Source of the DNA: Octopus vulgaris
Taxonomy: Eukaryota
Direction: 5' to 3'
Length of the DNA: 64,000 nt
Assembly: GCA_951406725.2 (NCBI GenBank)
Contig: OX597828.1
Coordinates: 42,408,001 to 42,472,000, forward strand
Shown: piece after piece, positions 40,541 through 53,476 of the stretch
Layout: each line of letters starts with the position of its first letter
How positions within the stretch are numbered: the first letter of the stretch is position 1
Made by a program: the position numbers and the translations under genes
Notes under the pieces: generated by a model
What the model was told of the DNA's origin: nothing
Databases searched by the model: none
What the model saw: only the letters and a program-made list of their open reading frames with translations

Positions 40541-40700
40541 TACGACAGGCTTCTTTCAGTTTCCGTCTACCAAATCCACTCACAAGGCATTGGTCGGCCC
40601 GGGGCTATAGCAGAAGACACTTGCCCAAGATGCCACGCAGTGGGACTGAACCATGTGATTGGTTAGCAAGCTACTTACCACACAGCCACTCCTGCGCCTA
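40250..40700 (-). mobile_element. Full-length SINE family B, followed by a second tail fragment at 40735-40930
   Basis: Complete from the tactctttac tail repeats to the cttaccacacagccactcc head, with an internal (CA)n(TA)n tract. Confidence 0.9.
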
Positions 40701-41639
40701 TATTACTTATCTTTTTATTATTATTATTATCTTTTATTTGTTTTCAGTCATTAGACTGCGGCCATGGTGGAGCATCACCACCTTGAAGAATTTCAAGTCG
40801 AACGAATCGGCCCCAGACTACTTTATTTTTGTTTTTCTTTTAATGAAAGCCTGGCACTTTTATAATCTGTTGGTCAATATTGCCGAACCGCTAACCTTAC
40901 GGGGACGTAAGCACACCAACACCGGTTGTCAAAGAGATACAAAGACACACACATACACATACTCACAAATACACGCACACTTCGTGATGCAAGTGAGATC
41001 ATTCTTGAATATATTCTTTCAAGTTCAAAAACTAAAGATACCTACGGTGGATTTGAACACACGACAACCTCTTAACTAATTTAGTTCGAACTTCAGAACT
41101 ATTCGTCGCTAAAAGAATCTTACTCAGGCCCTCAGCACAACGTTCCTCCTTTGCGCTCTACTCTCGATCTGGGGCCGGTCCAGAGAGGCTTGCTTCCGGT
41201 AAACGATAACGCCTGAGGAGGGACCAACATAACAACAAACCCCTGTTTCATCGTCATGGTCGTTGTCACCACCAACACCACCACTAGCATCATCATCATC
41301 ATCAACGGCAGCAACAGCCGTCCAAGAATTTGGACCTTTGAAATCTCCATTTCCAGCGACCTCGAGGGCCACCTTCCAGTGGTGTCGGGCGTCAACGAAG
41401 AGTTCTCGACTACAACAAGACGACCAAAGTTGTTTTTTTTTTACAAGGTCCTGCTTGGTCTCCCGCCTCTAAGCCCTAGACCATCACCTAATCACCCTTA
41501 CCCGTCTTGTTGCTTAACAACAACAACAACAATAAACCTTATATATGCAAGGGAACCGAATGCAAAATGTTCCATCATTTTCATTGACGCGTGTCTGTGT
41601 GTCATAGCATAAATGTAATTGGCTCAATCATGTAAAGTC

Positions 41640-41689
<50 letters not shown>

Positions 41690-41708
41690 TACATGTATAT
41701 TATACATG

Positions 41709-41758
<50 letters not shown>

Positions 41759-42068
41759 TGTACATATGTGTATATACACATATATGTACATATACATGTA
41801 TATATATATTCATATATGTATATAGGTGTGCATATATGTATATATGTGTGTGTGCATGTATGTATATGTTTATATAGATATATATGTGTGTGTGTGACCG
41901 TATTTAGGTTTTTGTGTTTTTTTTACTTGTCCGGCGCATGTCTATGTATATATAATATACTATTTATATATTTATACCCCTGTCTATATTTATATATTTT
42001 TGTGTCTCGAGTGTTTATTCAATGGTTTTCCACTCTCACTGTTTATAAATACCACACACACACACACA

Positions 42069-42122
<54 letters not shown>

Positions 42123-42227
42123 CCGCTTCTCTTTCGCTTTCTCTCCGTCTCTCTCACCTTAATCAATGACTACCACGCACCGATATAGCAAATATAATTA
42201 ATTACCTCTCTCTCTTTCTCTCCGTCC

Positions 42228-42263
<36 letters not shown>

Positions 42264-42818
42264 TGCTGTCTTTGTTCGTCTGTCTCTCTGTCTCTCTCTC
42301 TCTTGTCAGTAGTGAATGGCAGATCACCAACTATATATCTGTTTGTTGACGCCATTTTCAATTCTGTGCGTTGTATTGATATTGCGTGCATATATGTGTG
42401 TGTGTGTGTGTGATTATATTTAGCTTTTATGCTTGTGTATATATTAAAAGGTGTGTTTATAGCTGCTACGAACAACTGTGTGTGTGTGTGTGTGTGTGTG
42501 TGGACCATCATCAGTACCATCAGCAAATAGCTTCAATGCTTAATATATAAACTAACCGTCGCCTTCTTCGCAACCACCACTACCAACACAACCAACACCA
42601 CCGCCGCCACCTTAGGTCACTATAGCACTATCGTCGACACCGCCGCCGAGACCACGACCACTACCACCAACACCACCACCAACGCTTCTTACTCAACGTT
42701 GTCGAAACTGTAATATAATTAAATGAATTTTGAAAGAACAATGTCGTTTTGTGTTTTGTCCACTCGCTGTTTTGTTATTTGTGTGTGTATATAATTTATT
42801 TATAAATAAAATACATAC

Positions 42819-42869
<51 letters not shown>

Positions 42870-43148
42870 AACATTACATATATATGTATATGTGCATGTA
42901 TATATATATATGTATATGTGCATGTATATATATGTATATGTGCATGTATATATATGTATATGTGCATGCATATGTATATATATATGTGTGTATGTGCATG
43001 CATATCTATATATATATGTGTATGTGCATGCATATCTATATATATATATGTGTATGTGCATGTATATATATATGTATATATGTATCTATAGTGTGTGCAT
43101 ATATATATATATATACATGCAGGTATGCATGTGTGTATGTATATATAC

Positions 43149-43190
<42 letters not shown>

Positions 43191-44096
43191 CATATATATA
43201 TATATAATATATATATACATATATATATATATATAATATATATATACATACATATGTGTGTTTATATATTTGCGTATGTGTGTGTGTGTTTGTGTGTGAA
43301 TAGTGTATATATGTGTATATTATTATAAAGACACAGTGAAAGACAGCTGCAAATGAAGATCCACCTAGTTTTGTATACCTGCTGGTGTTGTCATGAATTC
43401 AGTCAGAATCTATAAAACGTGTGTGTGTGTTTGTTTGGGACTCGTTTGGCAATTAACTTACTTGATCTGAGGTCGCTGCATTATTTGAATAAACAGAAAA
43501 AAATTCATGTTCTCTTTTCGTTTATTTATTTATTTATTTTTAATGGTACCGTCTATAATGAAGTGTCAAAACATCTCGTCGCACAAATGTCAAGAAACGC
43601 TTTAAAACTTCATGACTGTACTATTAAGGAACCCACTTGAAAATGAAACCGAACTTAGTCACATATGTAGGTAGTATGGGTAGTATACTACTAGCTTTTC
43701 TGTTGCGTTACCAAGATATTTATTCACGCTTTGAGTTACTCTACTGTATGTTTTCTACCAGTGTATCGTCAGCTTTATACGCTCTGTTGTATAATATCTA
43801 TTTATAGATGTATTTAGCCGTTTCAGTTTATCTGCTCTATACTATCTATATGTGTACTACATGCAGATGTTAACTGATCTGTTCTTTAATCATTTATAGA
43901 TGTATGAGTTCTGCGAGATGAGCTCAGTTTGATCTGTCATTATTCGGAGTCATGGTTTTAGTTGATCAGCCGTGCACTACCTGTAAATATACTGATATTA
44001 AAGCGCTACCTATAGAACTTTTACTTATTAAGGTTCACGTTTTAGTCGATTAGTTGTGCATTACTTCTTAATATATTACATTATGATCAAGGTTAA

Positions 44097-44305
44097 GGAG
44101 GCGAGCTCCAAGCAAAATATGCTTGGTGGCATTTCGTCCGTCTTTACGTTCTTTAAGTTCTGAGTTCAAATTCCGCGGAGACTGACTTTGCTTTCCATCC
44201 TCTCGGGATCGATAAAAGTACCAGCTGGAACACCGTAATTGATTGTAATCGACTTAAGCCCAACCCTGAATTGTTGGCCTTGTGTCAAAATTTGAAACCA
44301 ATATT
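44097..44305 (+). mobile_element. Family A SINE
   Basis: ggaggcgagctc...gagttcaaattccgcggagactgactttgc...ggccttgtgtcaaaatttgaaacc. Confidence 0.75.
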
Positions 44306-44524
44306 ATTATGACTAAAGTATTAGCTGGTCTTCGGGGTCATGCGTGCGGTCGAAATTTCTGGTTTTACGCGCATCTTCATCGTGGTTGTTGTTGCACCAG
44401 CATGATCGCTGTCCAATGACTGAAAGAGATATAAACGAAAAAGGAAGGATTCATCGTCGATATCGACCGACATTCTCCGAGATGTGGATGAGGATGTGGC
44501 TATAAATAAATACAGAAGTTGGTG

Positions 44525-44688
44525 ATCATCATCATCATCATTCAACGTCTGTTTTTCATGCTGGCATGGGTTAGACGCTTTGGTTTTAAACTGGTAAGCC
44601 TAGATCAGACTCGAGTCTGATTTGGCTTGGTTTCTACAGCTCGGTGCTCTTCCTAACGCCAAACACTTTCAGAGTGTAATGGGTGCTT
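44525..44688 (-). mobile_element. Diverged copy of the 20628-20798 retroposon tail
   Basis: catcatcatcattcaacgtctg...catgctggcatgggttagacg...cttcctaacgcc...gagtgtaatgggtgc. Confidence 0.68.
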
Positions 44689-44716
44689 TATATATATATG
44701 TGTGTGTGTGTGTGTA

Positions 44717-45020
44717 GAGCCACATGGCATAGTGGTTAGAGCAGCGGACTCGCAATCGAGGGATCAGGGGTTCGAATCTCAGACCGGGCGGTATGTGTGT
44801 TTATGAGCGAAAACACCTAAGCTCCACGCGGCTCCGGCAGAAGGTAATGGCGAACTTCTGCTGACTCTTTCGCCACAACTTTCTCTCACTCTTTCCTCCT
44901 GCATCTTGCAGCTCACCTGCGACGGACCGGCGTGTCCCGTCCAGGTGGGGAACCTGTAAGCCACGGAAACCGGGAAACCGGCCCTTATGAGCCAAGCATG
45001 GCTCGAGAAGGAACAACCAT
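44717..45020 (+). mobile_element. tRNA-derived SINE family C (possibly one of the octopus tRNA-Arg-related OR SINEs)
   Basis: Strong A box tggcatagtgg and B box ggttcgaatc in a tRNA-like head. A ~230-bp body ends cctgcgacggaccggcgtgtcccgtccagg...ggaaaccgggaaaccggccc. It sits between (TG)n and (TA)n. Confidence 0.82.
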
Positions 45021-45499
45021 TTTATATATATATATATATATATATATGATATGCACACAAACCTACATGTGTATGCAAGATAGAGTTTCAAGCTACCGCA
45101 GTTATCTCTCTTTATAAACACACCAGACACACACACACACATACGTGCACACAAACAGGCACACCCACATGCATTATACGTGCGAACGCACAATTACCAC
45201 GCACAAGTAAACTTGGGTTTTGTAATGTAATGTAATGTAAATGTGGTCATCGTTATTTACTGTGTTGTAAAGTGGACAAACGGTCAGACAGAGAGAAAAA
45301 GGACGAATCAACAGTCAGCCAGCCAGACAGACAGACAGACAGACAGCCAGCCAGACAGACTGACAGACAGGCAGGCAGACTGACTGACTTGGTTGGCGGA
45401 CAAACAGATAAAGTGAAAAGAGATAATTAGATAAATACTCTCAAATTGCTGTGTATTTGGGCGCGTATACATGTGTATGTATATATACATATGTGTGTT

Positions 45500-45542
<43 letters not shown>

Positions 45543-46298
45543 TATATCATATACATATACACGTACGTATATGCATACATGTATATATGTTTGTATAGAT
45601 GTATATATATATATATATGTGTATATATGTATGTATATATATGTGTATATATATATATGTACGGCATGTACTTCTTTTTCATATGTTGGCTAACACTAAC
45701 CTTCCCAGTATTTACAGTTCAAACTAATTCTGACTTGATTAGAAGTGGTGGTGGTGGTGGTGGTAGTCGTAGTAGAAGTAGTAGTAGTAGTTGTAGTAGT
45801 AGCAACAGTAGGAGAAACGGTGGAGGTTGTATTGGTGTTGGTGGTGGTTGTGGTGACTTTTTATTTTTTTCATGAATGAGAGACAATTTCTCGTATATAG
45901 GAAGGCGATTCTTCTAGTTGTTGCCTGTGTATGCATATATATGTATGTGTATATATGCGTGTGTGTATGTCTATGTATATATATTTAGTACATCTACGTA
46001 TATGTGTATATGTATGTATATACATATATATGTATGTGTATGCATATAGATGTATATGTATACGCGTATACGTATATATATTATATATATATAATGTATA
46101 CGTATATATATTATATATAATATATACACATATAATATATATACTATATATGATATATATATATATATACTATATATGATATATATATATATATACTATA
46201 TATAATATATATAATATATATATATATATATAATATATATAATGTATACATATATATATTTTATATATATATAATATATACACATATAATATATATAT

Positions 46299-46329
<31 letters not shown>

Positions 46330-46879
46330 GTATGTATATATATAATATATATCCATATATATAATATATATAATGTATATATATATGTATATATATGCAA
46401 TCACAGGATACTGCTGGTGGCATTTGGTTGGTGGTCTTAGTGGTGGTTTTTGTACTGGCTGTTAAAGGTCTGGTAGTGTTTGCTGTTGTTGTTGCGATAG
46501 TGGTGGTGGTGGTGGTGGTAGCTGCGTTACTGAAGTTAGTGGTCAAAGTAGTAGTAGTGATGGTGATGGTGGTGGTGGTGGTGGTGGTTGGTTGGTGTCT
46601 GCTCATTGTTTGTGTGGAAATTGTTTATTTGGATTCTTCTTGTTGGACACGTTCCCAATTCTCACCTCTTTTTGGGGAAAACATACGCACACCACATATA
46701 TATATTGTGAAATAGTCACTCAGACACACACAGCACTGTGTGTGTCTAACTGGTTTGCTCTTCTTTCTCTATGTATGTCATTGTGTGTGATTATATCTCC
46801 TGATCTGTATCCTACATGCAACGTATATACGCATGTGTGTGTGTTATTATATATATATGTATATATTTATATAATATAT

Positions 46880-47165
46880 GTATATACATACAATATATAT
46901 CTATGTACATACAATATATATCTATGTACATACAATATATATCTATGTACATACAATATATATATGTATGTACATACAATATATATATGTATGTACATAC
47001 AATATATATATGTATGTACATACAATATATATATGTATGTACATACAATATATATATGTATGTACATACAATATATATATGTATGTACATACAATATATA
47101 TATATATCTATGTACATACAATATATATGTATTTGCATACAATATATATATATACATACAATATA
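46880..47165. repeat. Minisatellite with 21- and 24-bp units
   Basis: atctatgtacatacaatatat x3, then gtacatacaatatatatatgtat-type units x6. Confidence 0.9.
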
Positions 47166-47353
47166 TAATTGTGTATACATACATACATATATGTATATTC
47201 ATGCATATATTTATAACGTATATACTTACATATATGTATATACATGCATATATATATGTATATACATACATATATACTTATGTATATGCATAGATATATA
47301 CATATGTATTCATATGCATATGTATGCACATATGTCCATATAATATATGCATA

Positions 47354-47400
<47 letters not shown>

Positions 47401-47813
47401 ATAGGAGATATATATGTGTTTGTATTGTGTGTGTGTGTGCCATTTTTCTATGTCTCGAAGTGCGTCGTAAAAACCGAAACTATAGGCAAAGATTTTTTTT
47501 TAGTTATCTCCTTGTTTATTTATCTTCTTCTTTATTTAAATCGAAACAACATAGAAATACGCACACAGAGGAAAAGAAACAACAAAACCAACGTAGATTG
47601 TTGATCTTCATTGTAGCAATTAGCGAATTAATTAATTAATTAATTACTTTTGCTCAGTCACATTGTAGAGAACAAGCTATGCAGAGAGTGGCTGAAGGCT
47701 TTCATTTTGTTCGGTTTCTTTTATTTCTCTGTACTTTACGACCCCAAACTAGGTCAGTTTTTTAAGCAGCGTTCAACCTTCCCGGTTTTTTAACGTTACG
47801 TGTGGGCCTAAAT

Positions 47814-47850
<37 letters not shown>

Positions 47851-48000
47851 ATGAACACAGATCTCTGTGCTTATATGTATGTGCAAGTATATATATCAAT
47901 GTGTATACATGTGTGTATTTATTTGTGTATATGTATGTATATATACATACATATATAATATATGTTTGTGTATATATACATATGTATATATATGTGTATG

Positions 48001-48031
<31 letters not shown>

Positions 48032-48040
48032 ATAGATATG

Positions 48041-48082
<42 letters not shown>

Positions 48083-48115
48083 TATGTATCTTTGTGTGTG
48101 TATATATATATATAT

Positions 48116-48158
<43 letters not shown>

Positions 48159-48205
48159 TAGATAGATATGTATCTTTGTGTGTGTGTATATATATATGTA
48201 TATAT

Positions 48206-48237
<32 letters not shown>

Positions 48238-48702
48238 TTGTGTATCTATACATGCATGTTTGTGTATGTATATGTATAGATATGCATGTTTGTGTGTATA
48301 TATATATGTGTGTGTATATATATGTATGTTTATATATGTGTGTGCGTGTGTATATATATGTATGTTTATATGTGTGTGTGTGTGTGTGTGTACATGTAGG
48401 TATGTGTATACACATGTACACGTGACCGTACAACGTATTTAGGTTTATTTGCTTATTAAATACCGCATGCATCTTACAGCTGTGGTGCAATGAACTTGCG
48501 ATGAACACATGCAAAACGACAGACGGACAGGCAAACAGACGGTTTGGCAGACTGTCTGTTTGCCTTCTTCAGAGCAGCATGCATACGTAAAGATGTCTAA
48601 GTGTAGCATATGTGTGTTTGTAGTTTCATATGAATACTTTCTTAGCGCGTTTTAAACAGAAAAATTTTTCTAAAATTTGAAATAAAATGAAAAAAAAAAA
48701 AA

Positions 48703-49105
48703 GGGTGGCTGTGTGGTAAGTAGCTTGCTAACCAACCACATGGTTCCGGGTTCAGTCCCACTGCGTGGCACCTTGGGCAAGTCTCTTCTGCTATAGCCCT
48801 GGGCCGACCAATGCATTGTGAGTGGATTTGGTAGACGGAAACTGAAAGAAGCCCGTCGTATATATGTATATATATATGTATATTTGTGTGTGCGTGTATG
48901 TTTGTGTTTGTCCCCCAACATCGCTTGACAACCGATGCTGGTGTGTTTACGTCCTCGTCACTTAGCGGTTCGGCAAAAGAGACCGATAGAATAAGTACTG
49001 GGCTTACAAAGAATAAGTCCTGGGGGTCGAGTAGCTCGATTAAAGGCGGTGCTCCAGCATGGCCACAGTCAAATGACTGAAACAAGTAAAAGAGTAAAAG
49101 AGTTA
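48703..49105 (+). mobile_element. Full-length SINE family B
   Basis: A box tggctgtgtgg, B box ggttcagtccc, CORE-like gtggcaccttgggcaagtctctt, internal (TA)/(TG) tract, and tail caaatgactgaaacaagtaaaagagtaaaagag. Confidence 0.9.
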
Positions 49106-49680
49106 CTAGTTCAATGTGAATGTTGAGACCCACCCTCACCTCGTACACACACACACACACGAGAAAAAGTGTAACATTTATAAATCAAGATGGTAGTGTT
49201 TGTCACTAGCGAAATTGAATTCATCGCAGACTGGCGTTTTCTTACAGATAACCCATCGGTAACGTCACGTGACTGTCAGAGACCAAACTCGGGTCATAGC
49301 GGCTGTTATAAGGAATCGCTGTTGACTCTTTCAAAAAAGTGTGTGCGTGCCTATGTATGTATCGGGGATAACAAATGCATTCTCATAATGTGTGTTGTTG
49401 TCGTAGGTAATCCCCACACCCACGTCATTCACCCACCCGAAGTCCTGTCGTGACAGAGATAAAAGGAGCTAGACTTGTAAAGTGGGTGAATGACAATAGA
49501 AGAACGCCTTACACGCATACATTACTTGCAAAATCACACAGCCTTCGATGGTCAATAAAGTATCAAGGTACCTGTCATATACTGGACGGATTTTAATATA
49601 ATAAACTATTCTCAAACACAACGAAATTTGAAACTGTTTATTATTATTGACAACAACAGCAATAATAATAATAATAATAA

Positions 49681-50120
49681 TCCTTTCTACAATAGGCACA
49701 AGACCTGAAATTTTGGGAGAAGGGGCTGGTCGATTACATCGACCCCAGTACTTCACTGGTATTTTAATTTATGGACCCCGAAAGGAAGAAAGGGCAAAGC
49801 CGACTTCGGCGGAATTTGAACTCGTGCCGCTGAGCATTTCGCCCGGTGAGCTAACGTTTCTGTCAGCTCGTTGCCTTAACAACAACAACAACGACGATGG
49901 TGATGATGATGCAAATTAACAGAATCGTGACACGCTGGGCAAAATGCTCCGCCACATTTCGCCCGTCGCTACGTTCTGAGTTCGAATTTCGGCGAGGTCG
50001 ACTTCGTCTTTCGTCCTTTCGGGGTCAATAAATCTAAGTACCAATGAAACACTGGAGTCGATGTGATCGACTAGCCCCCTCCCCCAAAATTTTAGGACTT
50101 GTGCCTTCAATAGAAAGGAC
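49681..50120. mobile_element. Head-to-head family A SINE pair (- 49681-49878; + 49915-50120)
   Basis: gtcgattacatcgaccccag...ggcggaatttgaactc versus gagttcgaatttcggcgaggtcgac...ggagtcgatgtgatcgac. Confidence 0.82.
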
Positions 50121-50236
50121 TGTTTTTCCTTCTTTCTTCTTTTGCTGTGCTGTTAGTTCGAACCGTTTATAAATTTGCTGTAGGACGGTTTTTATATAAG
50201 TAACATTATCGGTGATCCTTACGTTTTTATACCACA

Positions 50237-50628
50237 CTAGCACTATGACCCGTCAACGCCGGGTCATTATGACCCGTCAACGCCGGGTCATAGTGTTAGT
50301 GCATGCATATACAGCTGCGTGCATGCGCAAATACACGCGAGTACTGTCCAAATCTCCGACTAATCACATACAGCTAGCTGACATTCAATTGGCGTATCAA
50401 GTTTCAGGCATTTTGATTGGGTTTTGGATAGAAAATTCACAAAAAGGTCATTCTATTGATTTTTTTAATGGCTTTGCGGGGTGACTGGGGAAATGTAGAC
50501 ATGTGCACGACCACCCTTGGACGGTTTTGAATGGCCATAGAAAGTGCGAGCCCTCTAACTGAAAAATTGTGGATTTGTATAAAAGACACACATACAGACA
50601 GACATTTTGCCGTTTATATATAGAGAGA
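50237..50628 (-). mobile_element. Non-autonomous Helitron-like element (~390 bp)
   Basis: The minus strand starts A|TCTCTCTATATATAAA followed by TGTCTGTCTGT, and ends with a subterminal GC-rich hairpin then CTAG|T. This matches the 5'-TC, 3'-CTRR, A-T target and no-TSD hallmarks of Helitrons (Lep1-like architecture). Confidence 0.8.
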
Positions 50629-51179
50629 TAATTAGTTAAATATTGTGAAATCCGGGTGCGGGGTGACGTTTGTGTGTGTGTTGCTATTATTTTTTATTGT
50701 CAATCTCACGACACACAACAAACACTAACCCAGACATACGATGAGACAAAAATAGAACACGATATATACTTATCTATCTATCTGGCTATCTCTGTCTGTC
50801 TCTCTTTATATATACTCACACACACAGACACACATATATATATATATAATAACTCTACTTGATCACCATGCATCAAGCTCTGTATGTCGAGAGATAATTT
50901 AATTAATAACCACAGCACCTCACATGCATTGCAACAAACGAGCATTATTTAGATAGTAATACTTCTGCTTATTGACGGCGTTATGATCACGTGTGAACGC
51001 GTACCTGATTATTGCATGATATATATAAAAATGCTCCCACACTAACACATATGGACATAAGAATACAAATGTGCATTGTGCATACACATATGCATGTATT
51101 TTAAACACAGTTTCGCTGAATACTCAAATATTAAAAGTGTGCAAGACAATCATTTATTATCATTTATTATTATTCTCTC

Positions 51180-51392
51180 TCTCTTTACTCTTTTACTTGT
51201 TTCAGTCATTTGACTGCGGCCATGCTGGAGCACCGCCTTTTTAGTCGAGCAAATCGACCCCGGGACTTATTCTTTGTAAGCCCAGTGCTTATTCTATCGG
51301 TGTCTTTTGCCGAACCGCTAAGTGACGAGGACGTAAACACACCAGCATCGGTTGTCAAGCATTGCTGGGGGGACAAACACAGACACACAAAT

Positions 51393-51454
<62 letters not shown>

Positions 51455-51635
51455 ATATATATATACATACATATATACGACAGGCTTCTTTTCGGTTTCC
51501 GTCTACCAAATCCACTCACAAGGCATTGGTCGGCCCGGGGCTATAGCAGAAGACACTTGCCCAAGATGTCACGCCGTGGGACTGAACCCGGAACCATGTG
51601 GTTGGTTAGCAAGCTACTTTACCACACAGCCACTC
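51180..51635 (-). mobile_element. Full-length SINE family B
   Basis: Close reverse complement of the 48703-49105 copy. Confidence 0.9.
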
Positions 51636-51874
51636 GAAATATCTTGATGTCTGGTTATGGCAAAGCTCTCCCCAAAGTCAGAAGAATGTTCCTCTCGAAT
51701 CGTTTTGCGGACATCTTGCAGAATACAGGACAACTGCGCTTTTCTGCCGGGTTGACTTTGACTTATTCAAACTCTCGAATTCCAGTTCCAATATTCTTCA
51801 GCCTCTCATACATGCTGTGTGCCAAATGCACTAATTGTCACATTTTGTCTTACCCGATCTTTTCATCTCTCCGT

Positions 51875-51995
51875 TATGGGTACACGTGTCTGTGAGGGTG
51901 CTCAACCATTTGCACGTTAATTTCACGAGCAGGCTGTTCCGTTGATCGGCTCAACTGGAACCCTCGTCGTCGTAGCCGACGGAGAGCCACGAATA
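51875..51995 (+). mobile_element. Probable 3' fragment of another retroposon family
   Basis: GC-balanced island gtacacgtgtctgtg...ttgcacgttaatttcacgagcaggctgttccgttgatcgg...ggaaccctcgtcgtcgtagccgacggagagcca, abutting a microsatellite. There is a single clear copy in the window, so the call rests on recollection of octopus repeats. Confidence 0.45.
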
Positions 51996-52024
51996 CACGC
52001 ACACACACATATATATATTATATA

Positions 52025-52630
52025 TATATGTGTGTATATATGTGTGTATATATATATGTATATATATGTGTATATATTTGTGTATATATATGTATATATA
52101 TTTGTATATATATTTGTATATATATGTGTATATATGTGTGTATATATATGTATATATATATATATGTATATATATGTGTATATATTTATGTATATATATG
52201 TATATATATTTGTATATATATGTGTATATATGTGTGTATATATATGTATATATATATATATGTATATATATGTGTATATATTTGTGTATATATATGTATA
52301 TATATTTGTATATATATGTGTATATATGTGTGTATATATATGTATATATATATATATGTATATATATGTGTATATATTTGTGTATATATATGTATATATA
52401 TTTGTATATATATGTGTATATATGTGTGTATATATATGTATATATATATATATGTATATATATGTGTATATATTTGTGTATATATATGTATATATATTTG
52501 TATATATATGTGTATATATGTGTGTATATATATGTATATATATATATATATGTATATATATGTGTATATATTTGTGTATATATATGTATATATATTTGTA
52601 TATATATGTATGTATGTATATATATATACA
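52025..52630. repeat. Higher-order TA/TG repeat with ~90-bp period
   Basis: The 30-codon pattern [30 protein letters not shown] recurs in the ORF track, and tatttgt landmarks recur every 90 bp. Confidence 0.88.
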
Positions 52631-53422
52631 TATATATACATACACATAAACAAACAAAGACACTGTATTGTACATTTACATTCAATGATAGTTGAGATGA
52701 TGGGATTACAAAAGAGAAAGGACATGAGTGGTGGTGGTGGTGTATATATGTGTGTGAAAGCGAGAGGGAGAGGGGAGGGAGAGGAGGAGAGAGCTTCCCT
52801 GTTGGACCGTCAGTGATGATGACATTTTTAGTTACCACGTAATAATAGTTGTTGTTGGTGAAGGTCATGTCAGATTGTTCTCTTTTGAACAAAACCAACT
52901 ATAAAGCGCGTGTGTGCTCGTCTGTATATATATATATATGTGTGTGTGTGTGTATGTATGTGTGTGTATATGTATGTATGTATATATATATATGTATATA
53001 TATATATGTATGTATATATGTATGTATGTATATATATCGGATGCATGTACCCTAACTATTGATAGATCACCCGAAATACTTCACCTTACTTTTTCATGAA
53101 TAAACACACGTGCCTGTGTGGAGAGTGGTGATACTACTTACTATAACTACAAGTAAGTAATAGTGATCGGTGGTGGTGGTAGTGGAAGAGAGTACTCAAA
53201 CACGTACAATAGACCCACAGAGCCGTGTATATAATGATATGTACGTATATAAGTACCTATCTGTGTGTGTGTGTGTGTATATATATGTATATATATACAC
53301 TTTATTTAAAAGCAGCAGAAATTCAACAAAACCTGCTGGTTTTAAATAAAGCATATGACTCTACCCCTGGTATTTGATTACTCATTTTTTCCACCTTGTT
53401 TCACATTTATGTGTTTACTCCC

Positions 53423-53476
<54 letters not shown>

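Noticed and set aside
40435-41079. Recurrent peptide RASFSFRLPNPLTRHWSARGYS in several ORFs
   Set aside because: It is the antisense translation of the family B SINE, not a protein family.
44717-44790. Possible functional tRNA gene
   Set aside because: A and B boxes are present, but the acceptor and anticodon stems pair poorly and it runs into a SINE body without a terminator.
46395-46715. Hydrophobic poly-Val ORF and antisense poly-Thr ORF
   Set aside because: Both come from (GGT)n/(GTA)n trinucleotide repeats, with no splice or homology support.
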